Positions 38,768-53,611 are shown, numbered from the whole stretch's first letter. The stretch: 61,408 bases of DNA, filler included, from Choristocarpus tenellus KU-1152 (GCA_964200185.2; 12 parts of 12 records of this genome joined end to end with filler, not necessarily neighbours in it); one strand, 5' to 3'. Numbers and translations are program-made. Notes: a model not told the origin generated them from the letters alone.

Positions 38768-40985
38768 CCCTGTTTGTAGAGTCCCTTCATTTAATCCCAG
38801 CTTTGCCCTTGGAAAGTTTTGTGTACATCCAGTTGCATATTTCTTGATGCCCTGCCCAAGAGAGTTGCGGAATCGGTTGTTGGAGGCGTTTTGTGTGCTG
38901 GCGTCTTTCGCTCACCCCCTCCCCCTGACTGCTCTTGTGTGTGTGTGTGTGTGTATTATAGGTGAAGGACGAGGATGACCAGGGAGGGGGGACAATTATG
39001 TCAGCATCAAGGTCATCAGTCATTCGCCTGGAGGATTCTACCAAGGGCGTGGACAAGGGGGAAGAGGTGTTGGCGGTGTTCCCTGATACTACTAGCTTTT
39101 ACTATGGGACTGTTCACAAGGTGGGTAATGTTAATGTTCCTTGTTGGTGTTTGTTTTAGTTCAAAGTGGGGGGTGGGGTGGGTGGCGAGTAGTAAAGGTA
39201 AAGGAAGGTAGGTTGTTGCTTTGATGCTAATCTATGTCACTGCACTGTTGTTGCGGATGAGCCTTCTTTGAAAATGGTCTGGGTTGGGTTTGGGATCCAG
39301 CAACATGTACTATTGAGGTTAGGTAGTCAGTTGGGGGGAGGGGGGAGGGGGGGGGGGTTGTTGCAGCTATGTATTTTTGGACGGTTTGTGTTCTACTGTT
39401 CTCTCTGTTGCACCACCCCCAAGACCCTTCCCATATATTCTCGTTGCACCCTGTACTGACCATCATGTAGTGTATCAAAAGAATGCTGGAAGTGTGGCAG
39501 AGATGACAGCAGAAGGTGTACCCTGAACAGACACGATGATGTCGTACACGAGGATGAGATGCAAGTTTCTCCTCTGTCTAGCCACGCTATAAACCGCCCC
39601 GTGTCTCTTTTTTTAATTTATTTCCCCTTTTTGTTGCTTCCACGTGCTCTGTAGCTCACATTTTACGGCCCTGTAGCTGCCCAGCACACGACGCAACATC
39701 CGCAAAAAATTGCTTCCCTCTCATTCCATTGGTTGATTCATCCATCTCCGTGCTTTTGACTTCCTCCCACTAACTCCTTTTTTGGTTTTGGATAGCTGCC
39801 AAAGCCAGGAGGGAGTGGGGAAAAGATTGTGGAGGTGAAGTTTAAGGACGACGCCGATGAGACCGGGCGCACGCCTGCCAGGCCTGTGATTGCACGTTAT
39901 GTAGTGCCCATCCCCCACCGAGGTGGTGTGAAAGGAGGAGGGGCAGAGAACGATAACGGTGAGAGAGATTCACAGTCAAAATGTGTCGTGATCCTGGGGG
40001 GTGGGGGCGTGGGGGGGAGTTTGAGGATCTTTGTGGTTAGGCTTGCTCAGTGTTATTTTATTTTCGAAAAAAATATATATGATTGGTAGGGTTGGGTTTA
40101 GGGGCTGTCACAGGCCATTGTTGTCTTATTTTTATCGGGGTGTGCTTTTTTTATGTGTGTGTGTGTGTTGATGTTTCTACTGAAAAAAAGGCGTGTGGGG
40201 AATGAATGCGGAGTGTGTTGTTTGATGTGTGTACATTTTGTTGTTTCTCTTTTTTATTTTTGTTTTGTTGATGATACGATAGTATATAGACATTACAGTA
40301 CAACAGAAACGGGCACAAAATTTCAAAGAAATCAATCATGATCCTCATCAGCAGACAATGCAGAAAGACAATTCAATCACAATCACAATTAACCTAATTT
40401 CAGACTTCAACCCACGTGCAACACACCTCGACATGTTTGGCACCCCTTGACCTCCTCGGTCCAAGTAGTAGAGAGGGCAAGTGGCTCCAGAACTCTGTGC
40501 GTGTGTGTAGTCTTCTTGCCTTTCTGTAATGACTCACAAACACAAAAACAAAAACACACACACGCACGCGCATTGCAATGTTGATCCGGAGTTGGACCAT
40601 CTGTCATGAAAAGTTGAAAGGAGTTGGTGTGTGTTTTTGAAAGTTGAAAGTGTGGACTGTAAGCATGACTTCGTGGAACGTACTTGGGTGCATTCACCTG
40701 CGTATCCTGTTTTATTTATCTGACCCGGCCTTTCCTACCCGTATCTCCCAAAATAGGTCCGTTGGTCACGTCATTGTCTCGTTAGTGCGTGCGTAGTGCT
40801 CTCAAGGTCACTGAAAGGATCCTCCTCCCTTGTGTGTGTGTGTGTGTGTGTGTGTTTGTGTTTGTGTTTGTTCAGGAGGTGGTGGGGATGGACGAGAGCC
40901 GCAGTATGTTGACATGATTCGGGCTGCACTTATCAAGCTCCCAGATCGAATGGGTAGCTTCAACTCCATCTGTACTTACATAGAG
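37829..40985 (+). CDS. SGF29: SAGA-associated factor 29 (tandem Tudor) with a C-terminal H15/winged-helix-like extension; partial at both ends
   Basis: Phase-compatible GT-AG exons 37829-37919, 38611-38714, 38962-39120, 39796-39958, 40876-40985: KKRK...GEQVAVR...WILARV...YEVKDED...GEEVLAVFPDTTSFYYGTV...VKFKDDAD...RYVVPIP, then PQYVDMIRAALIKLPDRMGSFNSICTYIE. Confidence 0.9.
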
Positions 40986-41530
40986 GTGGGATGGAGGGGG
41001 GGGGGGGGGGGGGTTAAAATTTGTGGATTTAGTGGGAAAAATGGTGACAAAGTTTTCCACCACCACTCCACCNNNNNNNNNNNNNNNNNNNNNNNNNNNN
41101 NNNNNNNNNNNNNNNNTTAATTAATTAANNNNNNNNNNNNNNNNNNNNNNNNNNNNNNNNNNNNNNNNNNNNCCCCCCAGATACTTTGACCCTATCAACT
41201 TCCTTTTCAGTGTTGATGGTTTCATTGAGACCCCCTTGAGTGATTCTTGTTTCTTTGAAGTCATCATGAATGAATTTAATTGGTTGGGTCGTGTTATGAA
41301 GGCCTCCAATTCCGACGTCAGGTGTTAAGTCTCTTTTAAGTTCAGATTTTTCTGAGCACACTATTTTGATGGTGGTTTGACTATCCAGTTTGACTGATGT
41401 TACTCATTTTCTTCACCTTGATCCTGTTCCTCCTGTCCATCTCACTGCTGTCCAATTAACACAACCCAGTTGGCTGTCATCGCCACCCACATTCAGAGAT
41501 GCGAACCATAGATACTATTTTTTAAATTGA

Positions 41531-41788
41531 GAAACAAACCATTGAAGAGGGAAGGATCACGTCCATTCGTGATCATAAATCCAATGTTACATTTTTGATG
41601 TAATTTTGGCTTTCGTGTATATCAGCAAATGTCAATACCCTCGCTTCAGACACACCTTTCATAGTCGTATTCATTTTAGGTAACTGTGTTCTCACAGAAA
41701 CCGAAAAAAGGCATAAGAGACCCTTGGGAAGCCAAGCCCCAAGCGGACAAACAGGTCAAAGCTCCTACCCTCTTCAATGCTTTGGGTC
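41531..41788 (-). mobile_element. MITE family A
   Basis: Inverted copy ending CTACCCTCTTCAATGCTTTGGGTC; flanks TGA/TCA. Confidence 0.8.
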
Positions 41789-42164
41789 TCAGCCAATCCA
41801 ATTGAAAGGTAGGCAGGTTTGTGCCCTTTTGCATTCTACCCCATCTTTCTCTTACCCTGTGCAATTACCTTCTATTCCATTGCTTTTTATGTACAATAGT
41901 GTATGCAAAACTGATGTTCCCCCTTTCCGTACACCAAGTGACACCACAATTAAACAAAGGCTCTTTCAGCAATTGTACAAAATGGCAGCTTTTGCCCTTC
42001 CTCGGAATCCTCAAAATATCCTACTGCCTATCTCTCGATTTGTTTGACTCGTTGTCGACATCACATCACTCTGAAATAAGTCTGAGACCCTCGCTACATA
42101 TAAGAATTGCAGTATGAAGTCTGAAGTCTTAAAGTTGGAAAAAAAGGTCTGCTGTATAACATAC

Positions 42165-42465
42165 TATATTATTATTATGCCCTCTGACATTTTGCAGATG
42201 TGTCAGGGCAAAAATCAACAAAACCTATTCACATATCAGGATAAAGTTTACCCTAAAAAAGTAACAATTGTGATGTATGTGAATAACACTAATCTATTAG
42301 CTATTTTACTATAGGTTATGTTACACCATTCCCTTTCTGTGCCTCTAACCTAGGTTAGTCTTGTACTCCAGGGTGAGGGGATAGGGAGGCATCCCACGAA
42401 TCTAACAAGTCCCTCCTTGCCCTTCTCCCCGTTGTCTCCAGCTTTTAAGCGCATGACCCGTCTCG
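42165..42465 (+). repeat. Dispersed repeat family E
   Basis: Colinear with 18655-18955. Confidence 0.7.
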
Positions 42466-42828
42466 ATAGGGCTGCCTATGTTGTGACAGAAACTATCTGT
42501 TGTAGATGGGATTTGAGAGTCCCCTTCCTGCTATAACCTTCTATCTCCCTTCCCCCTACCGTGTGCGTAGCTAGCTCATCCAGAAAACGTTCCGCGTGTT
42601 TGCCAAGGCGCCCAAACCTTCCACCGTGAAAGTGTTGAGGTTATAACTACTAGGGTCAAAAGAGCCTTCGTGGAAAGAATTGCGAGCTGACCGAGGAAGG
42701 TCGGACCAAACCTGCTCTGTGTTACCGATTAGCTCTCCCTCCAGGTCACGAGAGCCTCCCAAGGGGTGTGGGGTCTAAATTGGCGAAAGAGTTTGGAGTG
42801 GGAGAGAGACACAGTTAGACAGCTATGA

Positions 42829-44104
42829 GTGTGCGCCAAAGAACAGTTAGACAGAGGGAATTCCGTCTCCCTGAAATCACAAGCACAATCTGGACAGCCG
42901 TCGGACTTTGCGCCAACGAAACAAAAAAAGATGCGGACGGAATCAATGCCAGTAATTGCACGCACACTGACTATCGACCAACTTTCCACCAAGCTCGCTG
43001 AAGCGGGCCTCACAGTTGGCAGCTCAAAGCTTCATTGCTGACTCGAAGTCATGGGGGCAACGAGGGTTCAGCGGTGCGTCACCCCTAGCCTTTTGTTTTC
43101 TCACAAGGAGAACAGGGTGGACTTCATCCTCCTCGACCAGATCTCCCACAATCGTAAAACCTACAGGACTGGCGCCTCGACACCATTCACATCGACGAGG
43201 CATGGTTCTACCTCATCTGTAAACGAGAGGTGGTGCGCATGTTCTCAGGGGAGGAAAAGGTGGGCTCGACGAAGGTGTAGTACGAGAGTCACATTTCTAA
43301 AGTGATGCTCATCTCCGCCGTTTCACACCCAGATCCTTCCCATGATTTCGACAGCAAGATCGGGATCTGGCGGGTTTGCATCACGAAGGAGGCGCAATGG
43401 ACTACAGTGCAGCACACAAAGGTCGAGGCGTACGAGGTTGACGTTGCTGTCGATACCAAGTGGTATCTGGGTTGGTACACGGAGAAGCTGTTGCCAGTGA
43501 TCAAGGAAAAAATGTCGTGGCTGGAAACGGGGGGGGGCTCCATACAGCAGGATGGCACAGGCCTGCATACAGGCAAGGGCATGGTGAAGAAGCTGAAAGA
43601 AGCAGGGGTGGAGGAGGGATGGAACAATAAGATCGTGATGCAGCCAGCGCATTCACCAGATCTTAGCATCAATGATTTGGGGGGGGGGGTTGCATCCCTG
43701 AAGAGCAGGGTTTGGGCTGAGCATTACGGCATCGTTGATGAGTTTGTCGAGGAGGCTTCAAGCGTGTTCCACGCATATGACGCAGATACACTCGAGAGGG
43801 CGTGGCAGAGTCTGTTTAAAAGGTACAATCAAGTGTTAAGGGCGTTGGGGGGGAACGATTTCGAGGTAGAGCACACCGGGACCAAAAACGTCAGCAGGAG
43901 GGCGGGTTGGCTAGATCAGTTGAAGTAGACCGAACGGCCTCCACAGTGGCCCTGGATTGGTGGGTTGATGGTGTCGAATAAAGGCGAGGATTAGTTTTTA
44001 AATATAAAATATTCCAAGGGATCCAACACAAAGTTCGGTTTTGTAATCGGAGGACATCCCAAAGAGCTACAACTTGACGGCCCAGACCTGTGGGACAGAG
44101 GGAG
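42829..44104 (+). mobile_element. Tc1/mariner element of PlantMar (DD39D-like) type with a frameshifted transposase
   Basis: HIDEAWFY (~43188), KVMLISAVSHP, SKIGIW, IQQDG, QPAHSPDLSINDLG in or near ORF 43302-43928; right end GGGACAGAGGGAG (44092-44104) followed by TA. Left end not clearly resolved. Confidence 0.9.
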
Positions 44105-45049
44105 TACTACATAGTATTATCATTTTTTATGACTGAGTATCAGGGTACCTTCCGCCATCCTGGATACTGCGTATTTTACTTCATACTGTGTTGTGAATTG
44201 TATAGCGATTGAACCTGTCTGGTTCAATTATATATATTCGAAACCGAAAATCTTGACAACAATCATTTGGATATTTTCTATTCTCTTGTTCTCTTCCCTG
44301 GAATATTTGGAGAGAAGGACAACCATAGATATCTATCACACAAACACCATAAATGTATCTATTTGTGGGACTGTATAATAAGCCATGAATATACCCAGGT
44401 AATCTGAAGATGGTGAGTGTGGGTTCCTTCATAACCATGATTTCGACGACCCATGTGCCAGATGTACCCTTCTGCATTTGGAGGATGACTTCAAAGAAGG
44501 TGAAGGGTCAGACGAACACACAGAATCTACTTTGAAGGCAGACATTGAATCATCAATGGTTGAGATGGGCTGCTTGCTGGAAGAAGATTACCATATCACC
44601 ACCCACCGTTCCACATATCTCCGTTTAGAAGGCGTGCTGGTGAAAGCATTCAACAGGAACAGAGTAAGAGATGTCGCGAACTAGACTCAGGCAGGTGTGT
44701 TGGTACCTGTTCAAGTTCAGTAGCGGGCGGAGCAATTGGAGGAAATGTGTAGGATGTCGAAGAAAGTGATACAGGACGTATATACCAACTTGACTTGTTG
44801 GTGATCCGCTTATTCCATCCATGATGGACCACTTCAAACCCGCTATCAATTTTTTCGACAAGAACAATATTGATGGTTAGCGGCAACATACGTTGCCACT
44901 TGAACGAGAGAGGTAAGAAGTTGGAACAGGAATATAAACAGAAATTAGAAACAAATCTAGGAGGAATCAAGTGGAGAAGTCGCCTGTCACCTGTCAACCT
45001 TTTGAAAAATATGAAAATAAATGCTTTTTACGTTGATGTTGTTAACAGT

Positions 45050-45349
45050 CTCTCACCAAAATTGAGGATGGAGCATACTATGGAGGATGGGTTTGACCCA
45101 AAATGGTGCGCATACAAACTTGATCAATGGCGGGTCCACCCCAATTTGTTCCCCTGACACATCTGCAAAATATCGGAGGGCAGAATAATATATATGTGAA
45201 TATGTGGTAGTTGTGAAGTTGCTGATCAATTAGTGGTTTACACACTTATAATGTTTATAGTATTCTTATGTTTAGGATATTTTATTTCTTTAGGGCTAAT
45301 AACGACATATAACAGGGGATCCTCAAAATTGAGGATGGCGCGGAAAGTG
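45050..45349 (+). repeat. Dispersed repeat family D (aaattgaggatggagc...gaccc) interleaved with an inverted family E unit
   Basis: Similar segments at ~11425-11496 and ~61140-61200. Confidence 0.6.
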
Positions 45350-45967
45350 NNNNNNNNNNNNNNNNNNNNNNNNNNNNNNNNNNNNNNNNNNNNTTAATTA
45401 ATTAANNNNNNNNNNNNNNNNNNNNNNNNNNNNNNNNNNNNNNNNNNNNTAACTTTTGCCCCCCACACCACAACACAACACAACCCAACTCAGCTCACAA
45501 AAAAAAAAAGGCTGCAGAAGATTTTTTTTTTTTCATGCGATTTAAATCGTTTAAATCCTTAAAATTTAAATCATTCCCGAAGGATCAACTTTGTTTCACG
45601 CTTACCTGTACCTCTTCTCGACTTCATCGTGACCAAAAAGGGTACAGGAGAGGTGTACAGTCACGACGTACCTCTTCTTGGGCACCGCTCACTCAACAAC
45701 AACAATAACAACAATAATAATAATAATAATGATAAAAAAAGGTACTCAAAGTTGTGTGCACGCCTGGACCTATTTACACGCCCCCCCAAGAGGAAACAAA
45801 AAAAAAACACACACACACACATAATAACAAAATTATAATATAATAAAATTATGCTCGCACACGCGCGTTCGGTAATTTAAAAAAAAAAGCTCGTTCAACG
45901 GTGTACCACTTACGCTGCGAAAGGGAAAATAAAAAATAAAAAATAAAAATAAAACAACGACGAGAGA

Positions 45968-46001
<34 letters not shown>

Positions 46002-46078
46002 ACAAAAAAAAACACCACAAGCAAACAAAATAAAAAAAAAAAAAAAAAAAAAANNNNNNNNNNACACAATAAAAAAGG

Positions 46079-46116
<38 letters not shown>

Positions 46117-46238
46117 AACAGAAGAAAACCCCCCCCCCCCCCCCCCCCGACTCCATAGAAAATAAAAGTTGACGCTACAATGATGAACATTAAAAAAAAA
46201 ATTGCATGCAATATGTGTGTACGCCATGTATATATTAT

Positions 46239-46274
<36 letters not shown>

Positions 46275-46288
46275 TTCATTTTTCGTGC

Positions 46289-47299
<1,011 letters not shown>

Positions 47300-47351
47300 T
47301 CACAGGCACAAAAGAGGTGGGTTAAATAAATAAAAAAAAGTGTAGGACCAA

Positions 47352-47388
<37 letters not shown>

Positions 47389-47895
47389 AAGGGGTGGAAT
47401 GTACGTATGTTGCCTGTGCATTGGCATTGGTTCTGTAGTTTAAATAAAAACTACAGTGATGAGAACAACAATAATAGTACCCCTCATGTATGTATGTATG
47501 TATGTATAAATGCATGTACATAAAAGTGGAGGAAGTAGATGACATCGCAGGTCCAATCCATCCTAACACGATCAAACAAAATGCCACACTGGCTCTATTG
47601 GTGGAAACGATCCCTTTTTTGGCAAAAAATAGAGCCGGTGTGATTTCCCCACCCCCGCTTGCGCTCTCATATCTACTACCAATTACACCATCAGCATCCC
47701 TCTCCTGTCCAACACCACCACTTAGAACAATTCGACGGGCGAATCAAGCTATGAATCCACAAGTACGGCGAATCAGATGAAATTTTCACTTCTCTTTGAA
47801 AGGGTCTAAGGGTACAAGCTCAGCAGTATAACATTTCCCCCAAAAATCTCAGCAGTAGGCCTCCTGAACACCCCAACAGAACTGACTTGACTGAT

Positions 47896-47939
<44 letters not shown>

Positions 47940-48118
47940 ACCCAACCGCCCCCCCCCAAACCACCCCNNNNNNNNNNNNNNNNNNNNNNNNNNNNNNNNN
48001 NNNNNNNNNNNTTAATTAATTAANNNNNNNNNNNNNNNNNNNNNNNNNNNNNNNNNNNNNNNNNNNNGTGGTGATGTGAGGCGCGTGTCTTTCCCTCCTC
48101 TTTTGTTTTTTGAGAATC

Positions 48119-48150
<32 letters not shown>

Positions 48151-48209
48151 TTCCTGAAACAAAAAATAGCCCTCCACCTAAGAAAACCCCACCCAAAGAA
48201 ATAGCAAAC

Positions 48210-50263
48210 CTTTGCTTCTGTTACCCCGGTCCTCTCTTCCACATCCTCCTTGCTCGACAGTTGAGTGCCAGCACCAATATCAACAAAGTCCCAGTCCTGT
48301 GAAATAGTAACGCCTTCTAAGTCCGGCTCTGCTAAACCCCGTCCTGAAACTGCTCCCCCCCTCTCCTGCCCGTGGCCATTTCCTCCTTGATTTGGACCGA
48401 AAATTAAGCTGGGCGTTCCTTCGTGGCCAACATTCCTTGGTTGTAACAAGTCCACCAGAACCCTGAGGATGAACATGTTTGTTCAAGATTGATCGATTGA
48501 TCGATTGGGGGGTTAGAATACATCGAGGGGAGAGAGTGGTGGGGCGTGGGGGGTGTGGGGGTGGGTTGTGAGGCTACGGCAGGGAGGAAAGGAGGTTGTG
48601 TGCTATGTAATTGCAAATCGTGTTCGGCGTTAGAAGGCCCAAATTGAAAAAAGTAAAAACTATATTTGGTTCACTGGTCCCCTCCCCCATCTGTACGCTC
48701 AGGCCTTGAAGGACGGATCAACAATCTGGATAAGGTAGGGAGAACACCAGCACTTGGGGGAAGCTGTCTCCACTGTTTTGTTCCCAAAGGAAAGACTCTT
48801 GCAAGCTCATTCAGAAAAAAGATCTGTAATCAGGCGGCCCTTATCTGCATCACACAATTCAAGGCTCTCTCTCTCTCTCTCTCTCTCTCTTTTTCCTCTT
48901 CATGCAAGAAAAAAAAAATGGTTTCAACGGATGGATTTTTGTTTGTTTGTCAGTTTTGAAAAAAAACTGGGAGAGATTGAAAAAAAAAATCTTGGTTAAT
49001 CGGGCGGAAAATATATATAGCATACCCGACTGATTGAATGCGATCTCAGGTCCTGTCTGCTATTGATTGCACCTTCACCACCTCTCATTGAGGATAAAAA
49101 TTAAAGGGATAAAAGTTAAAAGTATGAAGCATCATGACGTTACAATATTTACTACAAAGACTAGTGAGAAATTCGAGACACTGTATTGTGCATCATGACT
49201 GGATGTTCAAAGTTACTAAAACACAACCTAATTTATACCGCCTATCTCATCTCACAAATAAATAAAAACCCTGTCCAAACTCAGCCTTCAGAGATCAAAT
49301 ATACCAGACTCACCCTAGACCCCTCTCCTCCTGGGGAGGCAGCCCTCGCAGGATGTTGCGAGTGCGCCGGTTGAGTCTCTCCCGTCCTAGGCTTTCATCC
49401 TCACCAGACTGCCCCTTTTTATTTATTTTTTGCGGAGGAAAAAAATATTTTAATAAAAAACACACATACATTATGTATGACGTGCTTTGCAGTGATTTAT
49501 CGAAGCATTCATGAAGACAAAGAGTATGGTTGCACCTGCAGATCATCAAAAACCGCTTCCTGAACACGCCGATCCATAGCAAGCCTACGACCCATGGCCA
49601 GCACTTCTCTGCCCACTCGCTGGTTAACCCGTAGCCCGATATCGGTCATGCCCATAGGGGGTGCGCGCACAGAGCCAGTTGGGTTGAAGACCACCTCTAC
49701 GATTTGAGAACGGAAATGAGAGGGGGGGAGAAGGGATGGGGTGATCATCTGTTGGAGAGAGGTGAAAAGTGCTCTTGCGCCAACTTGAGTAAGATGCCGA
49801 TTTATTTTCTCCATGTGCACGACAAAAATCAGAGCCATTTGGCAATATCTTTAAAGCACTGGAGTGGCAAGTGGCGATGGTTGCTGATGAAGAGCACAAT
49901 CATCCATGCAATCACAAATCTTTCGCACTGCAGCCTACACTGCCACATAATGCTGGAAGTCTGTTCCTGATACATGTCCAGGAATCCGATACCCGAAAAA
50001 GGGTGGCAGGCAAGGGGAAGTCAGACAAAAGAGCAAGGTGATTCAGGGGTCCACAAAAAATTACCAGAAGAGGACGGCACGGGGCGGAACAGAGAAGAAC
50101 TGGCCGCATCCACATCCTCGACCGTGATGGGCTGGCGAGCAGGATCCTCAGGTAATTGGCCAACGTCAAAATCGCGTACTGACGAGGCCATAGCCACCAT
50201 GATATCCTGAGACAAATTTGCCCAGTGCAGTCGGGTTAGATTGGCCGGAGAGGTGACCAACAT
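48210..50263 (-). CDS. Uncharacterised protein, first six predicted exons
   Basis: ATG at 50263; phase-compatible GT-AG exons 50263-50065, 49696-49536, 49414-49314, 49083-49026, 48823-48675, 48462-48210, stop-free when joined; no recognised domain. Confidence 0.55.
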
Positions 50264-52399
50264 AGCTCATTGTAAGCAAGTGCGGAAAGGAATTATAGGG
50301 TGTCCAAATAATGCTATCCAATGCATACTTAAAGATAAAGCCAAAAATGGACGCATGAGAGGAGGAGCCAACCCTGGGGTGGCGTACTGGAGGGGGGGGA
50401 AAGGTACAACATAACAGGACTCTCGTGTCTTACAAGTGTCCCTCACCGGGAGAACATGTGCAAAGAGGGTTAATACGCTGACAAGTCCCCGTTGAACCAA
50501 GGTGGGTTCCTAATTCCTCAACCTCCCACACGAATGTACTTGGGGATCCATCCAACAAAACATTGTGTCACCCATTTATGGATTCCTGAAGGGTGCCAGG
50601 TAATCGAGAAACTAGGGTATGTGGGTAGAGGATTAACCCATAGCATGCTAAAGTAGATTTTGATCTGACTCACATGGCCACCCCTTCTCGACATTGTTGT
50701 ACAATGTTGATATTCTAGAGAGAGTGGAGTGAACTAGTACTCGATGTATTGTCAAGGACCTAATATATGCGACGGGTAGCTCGTTCTATTCGTCCTTGTC
50801 CAATCTAACGTACTGCTGGGCTTCCCACCAGGTTTGCTACCACCGTCCAGAATGAGCTCAACCTATCTAGGAATTGGGTTTAAGGTAGGTTGAGGTTGGG
50901 TCTAGGATTTTACATCATCAATACAACAATATGTCAAAAGATTTGAGTGAAATCGGGCGGTACATTTGAAGATCTCTTCCTAATTCCTAATTGCCAAACG
51001 AATATACTTAGATCCACCCAATAAAATAGATCAGTACAATAATATGCAAAAATTTAGAGTGAGATCGGGCGATATATTTGTTGAAACGTTATTCCATTCT
51101 TGACCTTCCAACACCATAGAACATCAACTTGTAAAGTTTCGTGTTCTTTAGTCATTGCGGATTGTGGGATGAGGAAGAGACGTGTTGTTGGCAATGTGAC
51201 AAGACGACATCAGAAGGTAAACGAAGCGTGTTCTACCAAATACGAGTGTAGTACCTCAATATATTTCATCCCAAACCACGAAACCAAACCAATGACAAAC
51301 TTCGAACTGCACATTATCGTCCAGGGTGGCAAGTCTCGCCGTCAATCTATATCCACTCTTAGAGGTCAACCCCGACGGGCTTCTACGACCGCGTGTCGGA
51401 TCAACTTATCATCGCCCGTAATATCATCATCCCTGAGGCGTCGTGCATCATGCCCGCTGCAAAGCAGAAGTCAGTATCTGCAAAGCCAGTTAGAAGCATC
51501 ACCATCGTCGTACAGGTGTGCAAGCACAAGTTGCACTTCGTCTGGGGGTTGCGATGGGCCCTATTAAATGCAAAATTAGATGCAGAGTCTTCCTATTTTT
51601 ATATCTCACTTTTTCTGCCAATGAAATCTTGACACACTTTCTCGTCAAAATATTTTCAGGAGTACAAATATTTTATGTTCTATGTTATGGACCTTCCACA
51701 CCTCTCCCTTGCAGGGATATCTCAGCCTCGCTTGTCGCAGGAGACAAACTAAATTGGGAAAAGAATGGTATTACTGGCAGGGTATACCAATCTGATGGGA
51801 ACCCTTCCTTGTACAAAAAAAAGGTGTGGAGAGGTTTTCATGCGTCATCTCTTTCAAGAGGTGCTGCAGGACATGTTGTCAGATTCAAGAAACGAAACGA
51901 TAGTGTGAAATGCCTCCAAATGGGGATTCGACTACTGTAGTAGTCCCTTTACTGGAGCCGGAGTTGTCCATGTGTTTAGTTCGCTCTTGGTACCCTCAGC
52001 TACACTCTTTGTAGTTGCTGTAATGTATCCCCAGGTACCCATCAGCAAGAACGGTATTCTATAGTCTCTTGAATCCTGATCCCTTCGTATTGTTGAGTCT
52101 CTATCCTCAAATCGTACGTGAGTGTAATCGAATACTCGAAACAACGTTATTTGCATTTTCCTCAGAATAGTGCTAAGATCTGTCCCCGCCACACATTTAA
52201 GCGCATCTCCTTAGGAACTTAATGCGATCTTGGTGAATGGATGCAAACAGTGCATAAGTTCGACTCATGGAACATGACCAGGTTAGTATGTCACTCAGTC
52301 AACGCTGTGAATACCAAAACATCTGAACCGATCACCTTATCATGACTCGCTCCACAAAACGAAAATAATATATTCCAGGGTGTTAAGAGGGTACTCTTC

Positions 52400-53200
52400 T
52401 CTACCTGCTATTTTCAACTGACGGATGCTCGAGGGGTTTGAGTCATTTAGACCTCATTTGACCATCTTATTTTGGTGGAAGTATTGAAGGCGACAAGAAT
52501 GATGATGTGTACGGCCTCCCATTCTACTATCAAATGGGAAACAAAGCTTGGGGCATTAGACACATTATGCCTATTGTCTTCGTGGCATCTTGAGCGGCGA
52601 AACAAGCCCCTCTGGATTATTTCTCAAACTATACATGCTAACGACTCTGCACTACACATCTTGTAGTAGTGACTCTGGGGTGATCTTCCATTATGAAAAA
52701 AAACAAATATGATCAAACCAGGAACACAAATATATTTGAGGATCGTGTACGAGCTTGGAACCTGACCCATGTTTCTTCTGTCTAATCTTTGTTGGTTTCA
52801 GAAGACATCCCCAGACTATATGTTCCAGCTACAGAAGTTTTCATACATCTTCATGTCTGCCATAGACCTTATCATGGGCATTCCCTGCAAAACACAACAA
52901 GAATGGCTAGGAGCACCCTGCCAATGCCTCTCAATACGAACCTTGTATACTTGCTCAAGTGTGGTATTACATAGTTTGTCTCTTCTACACAATCCTCACC
53001 CCCACCCCTCTGGACAAACAGGCCATGGCAGCCCGGAAGAAGGCATCACATCACCCCAAAGTGCTCTCTGCCATCAGTGAAGGCTGGTGGCCATATCTTC
53101 CCACTCAGTGGATTGTTCTTAATCAGACACAGATCCTTCAGGTGTGCTTTGCCACTATATGTGAGAAATTAGGCCTATGCAGATATGGCAAGGTAGACTA
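52400..53200 (-). pseudogene. Possible decayed LINE endonuclease remnant
   Basis: Minus-strand fragments SRGVGVRI and FAGNAH (cf. RGVGILI, GDFNAH) among many stops. Confidence 0.25.
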
Positions 53201-53611
53201 GGTCATCTGATCTATTGGCATACTTCACTGAGGAAGGCATCAGTTTAGTTGCTAGCCTTTTCTGAACTGTCTCTTATTTGCTCGTCTGGGTATAATGAGT
53301 AAGGGTTGGCCATGATGAACTTTAAAAGATTGAACTAATGGCGGTTAGTGGATGAATTAACCTGTTAATTGATTCCGCCGAGATTGGTGCAAGGGCTGAT
53401 ATTCAGAGCACATGGATCGGAACAGGCAAAACAGGCATTCTACATGTCAAATTGACTCTGAAATGCTTTGAAATGATCGGATATTCAGAAATACTGCCTC
53501 CATTTCAAACCACAATACCATTGGCAATGTGATATAGGCCAGAGTGTTACAATGTGTTAATGTGATCCAACCCAGAAGCAGCATTCATTGTCGTTCATTG
53601 AGAAGGGTGTT

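Noticed and set aside
42380-42465. Family E end as a tRNA-derived SINE head
   Set aside because: No convincing A/B boxes or cloverleaf on either strand
51100-52200. Coding-like stretch with overlapping ORFs
   Set aside because: No recognisable motif or consistent splice chain; probably decayed mobile DNA
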